Source: Comamonadaceae bacterium (GTDB lineage Bacteria > Pseudomonadota > Gammaproteobacteria > Burkholderiales > Burkholderiaceae_C). From it: DNA of 64,000 nucleotides. Each line of letters starts with the position of its first letter. Positions within the stretch are counted from its first letter, which is position 1. The stretch is taken from positions 12,305-76,304 of the forward strand of contig SEAY01000045.1 of NCBI GenBank assembly GCA_004144865.1. Reading direction: 5' to 3'. Of the stretch, positions 56,179 through 64,000 are shown one piece after another. The translations under genes were made by a program, and so were the position numbers. The notes beneath the pieces are model-generated. The model was not told the origin of the DNA, made no database searches, and was given only the letters and a program-made list of their open reading frames with translations.

Positions 56179-56526
56179 CTATTTCTGCTCGCAGGGCGGG
56201 CAGTTGCGGATCCCGCGGCCGAAGGGCGTGTAGCGAAGCACCTTCGACAGCCCGTCGCGCCCGCTGGCGGCCCGTGCCACCAGCGCGCTGGCGGCGAAGG
56301 CCCCCACCGTGCGCACCGCCCAGTTGCGGTTGCGGCGGGTGGTCTGCCAGACGGCGACGCCCAGCGCCAGCACCAGCCAGTGCTCGCCGGGGAAGCCGTC
56401 GCGCGCCTCGTCGGCTGCCTTGATCTTCTGCAGGGGCGAAGGTTCTTCGAGCTCCGGCGGGACCTGCTCGACCGGCATGGGGACGCTGGCCTCCGCCAGC
56501 GTGGGCATCAGGTTCATCTCTTGCAT
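56179..56526 (-). CDS. Hypothetical membrane protein (last gene of the E1/E2/ACP string)
   Basis: MQEMNLMPTLAEASVPMPVEQVPPELEE...GEHWLVLALGVAVWQTT...AVRTVGAFAASALVARA. It has two weak hydrophobic segments and I recognise no family. Confidence 0.4.
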   Translation of the reverse strand: MQEMNLMPTLAEASVPMPVEQVPPELEEPSPLQKIKAADEARDGFPGEHWLVLALGVAVWQTTRRNRNWAVRTVGAFAASALVARAASGRDGLSKVLRYTPFGRGIRNCPPCEQK

Positions 56527-56649
56527 CGCGTCGTCTCCACGGTGTCGTGGAGCGAGCTTCGCCGGGCCGTCTCGCGCGGCGCGTAGGAAAGCAGCGTCAA
56601 ACGCATGGGCCAATGCCGGCGTCCCGCGGGCTCGCCCGGCCGTGGCGCG

Positions 56650-56889
56650 TCACGCCGCCGCGAGGTATGCCAGCAGCCCGCGCAGCGTGTGCAGCTTCGG
56701 CGTGTCGGCTTCCGGGATCGCGCGGCCGGTGCGCTCGCTCAGGCCGATCACGAAGTTCATGAAGTCCATCGAGTCGAGGTCCAGCGCCACGCGCAGGTCC
56801 TCGTGGTCACGCACGGTGGCGAGGTCGGCCTCCGGGGCGATGCCGGCCAGCACCTCGGCCGCCAGGGCGCGCGCCAGCGTTTCGTTCAT
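56650..56889 (-). CDS. Stand-alone acyl carrier protein
   Basis: 79 aa, MNETLARALAAEVLAGIAPEADLATVRDHEDLRVALDLDSMDFMNFVIGLSE.... It has a DLDSMD phosphopantetheine-attachment motif at the start of helix II. Its ATG overlaps the E2 stop (ATGA). Confidence 0.8.
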   Translation of the reverse strand: MNETLARALAAEVLAGIAPEADLATVRDHEDLRVALDLDSMDFMNFVIGLSERTGRAIPEADTPKLHTLRGLLAYLAAA

Positions 56890-58070
56890 GGGCGTTTTCC
56901 TTCCAGGCGCTGCGGCTCCTGCAAGGCGGCATCCAGGGCTTCGAGAAAGCGTGCGCCGGCATGGCCGTCGCTGGCGCGGTGATCCGCAGCGAGGCTCGCT
57001 TGCACGACGGGCCGTACCGCGAGTTGGCCGCCCGTGACCCAGGGCCGCGGCGCGATGCGCCCGAAGCCGACCACGGCGAGCTGCGGCGGATAGATCACGC
57101 CTAGCACGCTGTCGGCGCCGCGCTCGCCGAGGCTCGTCACGGTGACGGTGGAATCGGCCAGCTCCGAGCTGCGCAGGCCGCCGCTGCGCGCGCGCTGCAC
57201 CACGTCGCGCAGCGTCGCCATCAGGGCCGGCAGGCTCGCCCGGTCGGCGTCGTGCACGGCGGGCACGACCAGGCCGCCGCCGCGCAGGTTCACGGCCCAG
57301 CCGACATGCACGGCGCGCGAGAGTTGCGCCGCGCCGTCGCGCCAGTAGCCGTTGAAGCCGGGCACTTCGGCCAGCGCCAGCGCCGTCGCCTTGAGCAGCA
57401 GCACCGCGGGCAACAGCCGGTCCACCGGTGCGCGGCCGGCATTGAAGTCGTCGAGCCAGCGTTGCGCCGCGCCAAAGTCGATCGCCTGCACCAGGTAGTA
57501 GTGCGGAATCTCGCGCTTGGAGCGGCTCATCGCCGCCGCGATCGCGACGCGCATCTGCGCCGGGTCCCAGTTGCGGGCCGGCGCGGTGGCGGCACGCGGC
57601 GCCTGCGCGGCGCGCTCCACGTCCGCGAGGCTGATGCCCCCCTCGGGGCCCGTGCCCGCTACGCCGGAGAGGTCGACGCCCAGCTCGGCGGCACGCTTGC
57701 GCGCTCCGGGGCTGGCCTTCCCGTGCGACATGGCGGCGGCCGGCCCCGGGGGCGCCACAGCCGTCACCCGGGTAGCGACGGGCGCGACGGGCTGGACGGG
57801 CGGCGGCGCCGCAGGCGGCGAAGCCTGCACCGCCTCTCCCTCGGCCCGCACATAGGCCAGCACCGCGTCCACCGGCAACTCGGTGCCCACCGGCACGGGA
57901 TCCACCAGCACGCCTTCCAGGAAGATCTCGACGTCGATCGCGCCCTTCTGGGTCTCCACCACCGCGACCACGTCGCCCGGCTTCACCCGCGCGCCGGCCG
58001 GCACGCACCATTGCACGAGGCGGCCCTGCTCCATGTCAGCCCCCAGCGCCGGCATCCGGAAGGCTTCCAC
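56886..58070 (-). CDS. Dihydrolipoamide acyltransferase (E2) of a 2-oxoacid/acetoin dehydrogenase complex
   Basis: Lipoyl domain (VVAVVETQKGAIDVE), E3/E1-binding domain (ASPGARKRAAELGVDLSGVAGTGPEGGISLADVE), and a catalytic domain with DHRASDG. A GTG start at 58070 lies 2 nt after the E1 beta stop; an ATG alternative is at 58055. Confidence 0.9.
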   Translation of the reverse strand: MEAFRMPALGADMEQGRLVQWCVPAGARVKPGDVVAVVETQKGAIDVEIFLEGVLVDPVPVGTELPVDAVLAYVRAEGEAVQASPPAAPPPVQPVAPVATRVTAVAPPGPAAAMSHGKASPGARKRAAELGVDLSGVAGTGPEGGISLADVERAAQAPRAATAPARNWDPAQMRVAIAAAMSRSKREIPHYYLVQAIDFGAAQRWLDDFNAGRAPVDRLLPAVLLLKATALALAEVPGFNGYWRDGAAQLSRAVHVGWAVNLRGGGLVVPAVHDADRASLPALMATLRDVVQRARSGGLRSSELADSTVTVTSLGERGADSVLGVIYPPQLAVVGFGRIAPRPWVTGGQLAVRPVVQASLAADHRASDGHAGARFLEALDAALQEPQRLEGKRP

Positions 58071-58072
58071 GG

Positions 58073-59062
58073 TCAGCTTGCTCCCTGCAGCCCGCGCGCG
58101 GCGGCAACGATGGCCTCGACGCTCGGCAGCGCGGCCTCTTCCAGGTGTGCCGCATACGGCACCGGCACCTCGCGGCTGCACACGCGCTGCACGGGCGCAT
58201 CGAGGTCATAGAAGCAGCTTTGCGCGAGGCGCGCCGCGAGTTCGGCCGAGACCGAGCCGCTGCGCCAGCCCTCGTCGACGAGCACGCAGCGCCGCGTGCG
58301 CGCGACGGAAGCAGCCACCGTGGCGTCATCCAGCGGGCGCAGCACGCGCAGGTCGATCACTTCGGCTTCGATGCCGCCGGCGGCGAGTTCCTGCGCCGCG
58401 GCCAGCGCCTTCTGCAGGCCGGCGCCGTAGGAGGCGATGGTCACGTCCTGCCCCCGCCGCCGCACGCGCGCGCCCTCCAGGGGCACGGCGGTGACGGCGG
58501 GGTCCAGCGCCTCCTCCAGCGCGTAGAGGCCGATGTGCTCAAAGAGCAGCACCGGGTTGGGATCCGCCAGCGCCGCCGCCAGCATGAAGCGCGCGTCCTC
58601 CACCGTGCCGGGCGCCAGCACCTTCAGGCCCGGGATGTGCGCGTACCAGCCCTCGAAGCTGTGCGAGTGCTGCGCCGCGAGCTGCCGGCCACCGCCGGTG
58701 GCCATGCGGATCACCAGCGGCACGGCGAACTGGCCGCCCGACATGTGCGGCAGCGTCGCGGCGTTGTTCACGATCTGGTCCAGCGCCAGCAGGCTGAAAT
58801 TGCAGGTCATGATCTCCACGATCGGCCGCAGCCCGGCCAGCGCGGCGCCTATGCCGGCGCCCACGAAGCCGTTCTCCGCCAGCGGCGTGTCGACGATGCG
58901 CAGCGGGCCGAACTCCTCCAGCAGGCCCTTGCTCACGGCGTAGCAGCCGCCGTACTTGCCCACGTCCTCGCCCATGAGGAAGGTGCGCGGGTCGGCGCGC
59001 AGCGCGTCGCGGATGGCCTGGCGGCAGGCTTCGCGGTAGGTGATGGCGGCCGCTTCGTTCAT
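58073..59062 (-). CDS. 2-oxoacid/acetoin dehydrogenase E1 component, beta subunit
   Basis: [68 protein letters not shown]..., transketolase-like Pyr and C domains. Confidence 0.92.
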   Translation of the reverse strand: MNEAAAITYREACRQAIRDALRADPRTFLMGEDVGKYGGCYAVSKGLLEEFGPLRIVDTPLAENGFVGAGIGAALAGLRPIVEIMTCNFSLLALDQIVNNAATLPHMSGGQFAVPLVIRMATGGGRQLAAQHSHSFEGWYAHIPGLKVLAPGTVEDARFMLAAALADPNPVLLFEHIGLYALEEALDPAVTAVPLEGARVRRRGQDVTIASYGAGLQKALAAAQELAAGGIEAEVIDLRVLRPLDDATVAASVARTRRCVLVDEGWRSGSVSAELAARLAQSCFYDLDAPVQRVCSREVPVPYAAHLEEAALPSVEAIVAAARGLQGAS

Positions 59063-60065
59063 GCCGGATTCCCTTCGCGCGCATCCTGCGGCACCGTGTC
59101 CATCAGCACGTAGCGCTCCAGGTCCGCCACCGGCTCCAGCGTGCCCGCTTCCGCGAACGCGACGGCGGCGGCGAGCTCCTGTTCCACGGCGTTCCCGATC
59201 TCCGCCAGCTGCGTCTCGGTGGCCTGGTGGTTGTCCAGCATCCAGCGGCGCAGCCGTTCGAGCGGATCGCGGTCCTTCCAGGCTTGCACCTCCTCGCGCG
59301 TGCGGTAGCCCTGGGCGTCGAACATCGAGTGGGCGCGAAAGCGGTAGGTGCGGCATTCCAGGAAGAAGGGCCCCTGCCCGGAACGCACGTGCTCGACGGC
59401 GCGGGCGGCGGCGGCCTCCACCGCGATGGCCTCCATGCCGTCCACGCTTTCCGACGGCATGCGGTAGGCCTCGGCCTTGCGGTGGATCGCCGTCTGCGCT
59501 TCCGCGTCCGCCACCGGCATGCCCATGGCGTACAGGTTGTTCTCGCACACGAACAGCAGCGGGAGCTTCCAGATCGAGGCCAGGTTCATGGTCTCATGGA
59601 AGGCGCCTTCCGTGACCGCGCCTTCGCCGAAGAAGCAGGCGGTGATCGCGCCGGGGCGCAGGCGCTGGTCGGCCAGCGCGATGCCCGCCGCCACCGGCAG
59701 GCCGCCGCCCACGATCGCGTTGCCGCCGAAGAAGCGCCGCTGCACGTCGAACACATGCATGGAGCCGCCGCGCCCGCGGCAGCAGCCCTCGGCCTTGCCC
59801 AGCATCTCCGCCATCAGCCGGTCCATGGGCACGCCGCACGCGAGGGCCTGCCCATGCTCGCGGTAGGTGGCGACGACCGCGTCGCCGGCCTGCAGCGCCT
59901 CCATCACGCCCACCGCCACCGCCTCCTCGCCGTCGTAGAGGTGCAGGAAGCCGCGGATCTTGCGGTCCTGGTACAGCTCGACGCAGCGCGCCTCGAAGCG
60001 GCGGATGCGCAGCATGGCGCGATAGAGATGCTGCAGGTGCGCGCGGTCCGCGTGGAGCCGGGTGT

Positions 60066-60069
<4 letters not shown>
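59059..60069 (-). CDS. 2-oxoacid/acetoin dehydrogenase E1 component, alpha subunit (TPP-binding)
   Basis: ...[37 protein letters not shown]...[38 protein letters not shown] (TPP motif). The ATGA overlaps the neighbouring genes at both ends. Confidence 0.92.
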
Positions 60070-61853
<1,784 letters not shown>

Positions 61854-61901
61854 GCGGCACACCTCCCACGGCCCATCATGGGCGCCTGCCGGCCGGGCCG
61901 G

Positions 61902-61915
61902 TTGACGTGCGTCAA
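61902..61915. promoter_or_regulatory. Perfect FNR/Anr/FixK-type box TTGAC-N4-GTCAA upstream of the acs-E1-E2-ACP operon
   Basis: TTGACGTGCGTCAA lies in the 82-nt CapA-acs gap, centred ~55 nt upstream of the acs ATG. That fits a class II site at -41.5 with a short leader. Confidence 0.5.
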
Positions 61916-61935
61916 GGGCAGCCGCCGCGCGCGTT

Positions 61936-63060
61936 TCACCAGCGCAGGCTGAAGCTGCCGTCCGCGGCTTCGGCGACCCCCGTGCCGAACGCGCGGCCCT
62001 CCTCCTCGAAGATGCGGCGCAGCCAGTGCCGCGTGTCCGCGTCGGCGCGCTCCAGGCGCAAGCGGCGCAGGCGCAGCGGAACGATGTCCATCGCCTGCAG
62101 CGACCCGTCGGGCGCCAGCGCCAGCGCGTACAGGCAGGCCGCATCGCTGCGCAGGCTGCCGTGCGGCTCTATGCCTTCGTAGTCGTTGATCAGGTCGCCG
62201 CAGCCGTGCAGGATCGCGCGGCCACGGTACACCTCCACCGGCAGGGGATGGTGCGACGAATGCCCGTGCACCACGTCCGCCGCGCCGAGGTCCACCAGCG
62301 CGTGCGCGAAGTCGCCGTGCTCCGGCGGCAGCGCGAAGCCCCAGTTGCCGCCCCAGTGCAGGGAGACCACCACGCGGTCGCCGGGCGCGCGCATCGCCGC
62401 GACCACTTCGGCCACCGCTTCGGCGCTGCGCAGCGAGAGGTCCGGCAGCAGGGCGACGCCGGGACGCCCGGGTCCCGCCGCCCACTGCGGCGGCACGCCG
62501 CACCCCGGCGCCGCCCAGGCGGACAGCAGCACGCGCCGGCCACCCGGCACCGGCAGCGCGCAGGGCTGCCACGCCTGCGCGTCATCCATGCCCGCGCCTG
62601 CGTGCGCGATGCCGGCCGCGTCCAGCGCTACCAGCGTGTCGGCGAGACCTTCGCTTCCCCAGTCGAGCACGTGGTTGTTGGCCAGGCTGCAGGCGGACAG
62701 GCGCGCGCTGCGCAGGCAATCCAGGTTGTCCGGATGCATCCGGTAGTGGATGCCCTTGCCGGGCCAGGGCGCCCCACGCGCCGTGATGGCCGTCTCGAGG
62801 TTGACGATGCGCAGCGCCGCCGGCAGCTCGTCCATCGCGGAGAGCGCCTCGCCCCACGGATAGGCGGGCGCAACCGGCCGCGCGATCGTGCCGTGGGCCT
62901 GCTCGGCCAGCGCCACGTAGTCGCGTGCGTCGCGCACCCAGCCTTCGAAGAGCCGCGGCGAGCCCGGGTGCGGCAGCGCCTGGTCGATGCCGCGGCCGGT
63001 CATCACGTCACCGGCCAGCAGCAATTGCAGGCGATGCGCGCCGGCTGCACCGGCATCCAT
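61936..63060 (-). CDS. CapA family protein (PGA_cap metallophosphatase-like)
   Basis: 374 aa, [14 protein letters not shown]...[10 protein letters not shown]...[13 protein letters not shown]...[11 protein letters not shown]...[10 protein letters not shown], the CapA/metallophosphoesterase pattern. Confidence 0.85.
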   Translation of the reverse strand: MDAGAAGAHRLQLLLAGDVMTGRGIDQALPHPGSPRLFEGWVRDARDYVALAEQAHGTIARPVAPAYPWGEALSAMDELPAALRIVNLETAITARGAPWPGKGIHYRMHPDNLDCLRSARLSACSLANNHVLDWGSEGLADTLVALDAAGIAHAGAGMDDAQAWQPCALPVPGGRRVLLSAWAAPGCGVPPQWAAGPGRPGVALLPDLSLRSAEAVAEVVAAMRAPGDRVVVSLHWGGNWGFALPPEHGDFAHALVDLGAADVVHGHSSHHPLPVEVYRGRAILHGCGDLINDYEGIEPHGSLRSDAACLYALALAPDGSLQAMDIVPLRLRRLRLERADADTRHWLRRIFEEEGRAFGTGVAEAADGSFSLRW

Positions 63061-63072
63061 GGGGCGCCGCGC

Positions 63073-63585
63073 TCAGGCCGGCGCCGTCCAGGCGCCGGCC
63101 CGCGCGGGCTGCGTCGCCGTCGATCCCGGCTGCAATGCGTCGCCGAAGGCGAGCAGCCGCTGCATGCCGGACCCGTCGTCGATCTCGCGCTGCAGGAAGG
63201 ACGCGGTCGCGATCGGCGCGCGCCCCAGCAGGCGGGCCGCTTCGCCGAAGGCGTTGGTCGCGCCGCCCGAGTTCATGGTGGCGATCATCGCGATGCGGGG
63301 CAGCGCCTCGCGGCGTTGCGCGATGAAGCTGCGCATGGGCGCGGCCAGCCGGTACATCCAGATGGGCGCCACCAGCACCACGGTGCGGAAGGATGCAGGC
63401 TCCGGGCCTTCGTAGCGGATGCGCGGCCGGCGCCGCAGCAGCGAGTCGAGCGCGCAGCGCAGCGAACTGCGCGGCGAGGTGTCGGTGATCTCGCCCAACG
63501 GCCAGCCGTGGTGCGAGCAGAGCAGCTCCGCGGCGCGGCGCGAAGTACCGGTGTGCGAGTAGCACACGACGAGGATGGCGTCCAT
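63073..63585 (-). CDS. Flavodoxin-like fold protein
   Basis: MDAILVVCYSHTGTSRRAAELL...VVLVAPIWMYRLAAPMRSFI resembles the flavodoxin_4/5-type N-terminal loop and second strand. This is a weaker call. Confidence 0.55.
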   Translation of the reverse strand: MDAILVVCYSHTGTSRRAAELLCSHHGWPLGEITDTSPRSSLRCALDSLLRRRPRIRYEGPEPASFRTVVLVAPIWMYRLAAPMRSFIAQRREALPRIAMIATMNSGGATNAFGEAARLLGRAPIATASFLQREIDDGSGMQRLLAFGDALQPGSTATQPARAGAWTAPA

Positions 63586-63646
63586 GCGAAGTCCTTTCCT
63601 TCCATTGCGACGGGATCGGCCAGGCCGGCGGCGGCGGCGGCGAGGT

Positions 63647-64000
63647 TCATTCCATTTCGCGCGCAGCCGCCAGGCTGCCGGCGCGCTCCGTTTCCTTGCG
63701 CGGCGCTTCCGCGATCAGGCAGTCCACCGTGAGGATCAGGCTGGCGATCGAGCCGGCGTTCTGCAGCGCGAGCCGGGTCACCTTGGCGGGATCGATGACG
63801 CCCATCTCCACCAGGTCCCCGTACTCGCAGCGCGCGGCGTTGTAGCCGAACGCGCGCTCGGGCGAAGCCTCCACGCGATCGAGCACGATCGAAGGCTCCT
63901 GCGCGGCGTTGAGCACGATGCGGCGCAGCGGCTCCTCCAGCGCGCGGGCGACGATCTTCACGCCGGAGTCCTCGTCGAGGTTGCCCGTCGCCAGGCCCTG
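63647..64000 (-). CDS. groL: Chaperonin GroEL paralogue, C-terminal part (gene runs off the right edge)
   Basis: The frame is open to 64000 (...[43 protein letters not shown]...[48 protein letters not shown]). It ends ...AAAREME with no GGM repeat tail. Confidence 0.9.
   Translation of the reverse strand, partial: QGLATGNLDEDSGVKIVARALEEPLRRIVLNAAQEPSIVLDRVEASPERAFGYNAARCEYGDLVEMGVIDPAKVTRLALQNAGSIASLILTVDCLIAEAPRKETERAGSLAAAREME

Overview
The window looks like ordinary chromosome from a very GC-rich betaproteobacterium, probably Burkholderiales or Comamonadaceae. That placement is inferred from the many Bug/TctC binding proteins, the gene order and the REP types. No database search was run, so all product names come from family signatures I recognise in the translated ORFs.

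I support about 70 protein-coding genes, densely packed on both strands.
- Housekeeping blocks: thrS-infC-rpmI-rplT-pheS-pheT (1-5212, minus); aceA; clpB with a sigma32-type promoter; and one tightly coupled alaA-hom-thrC-mobB-moeA-moaD-moaE string (46692-53143, minus).
- Accessory metabolic modules:
  - a TetR-controlled TPP-enzyme / Bug / oxidoreductase / DUF993 / sugar-phosphate isomerase module, in which the oxidoreductase is broken;
  - a TRAP transporter with IclR and an SDR;
  - a MarR / Bug / flavin monooxygenase module;
  - an orphan gspA-gspB pair.

I found no rRNA, tRNA, CRISPR array, transposase, integrase or phage gene, and no recognisable defence system.

The most unusual locus is at the right end (56650-64000, minus). 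An AcsA-type acyl-CoA synthetase, 2-oxoacid/acetoin dehydrogenase E1 alpha and beta, and a lipoyl E2 are linked by 4-nt stop/start overlaps to a stand-alone acyl carrier protein. There is no E3. The operon is preceded by a perfect FNR/Anr-type box, and a CapA-like protein, a flavodoxin-like protein and a GroEL paralogue lie upstream.

Other points worth a second look:
- a histone-H1-like KA-repeat protein fused to a SWIB domain;
- a ~290-bp nested palindromic element inside a 539-nt non-coding gap;
- two REP families;
- two disrupted genes;
- a shared TetR operator;
- an AT-rich palindrome-bearing aceA control region;
- a small promoter-to-terminator unit between bcp and phoH2.
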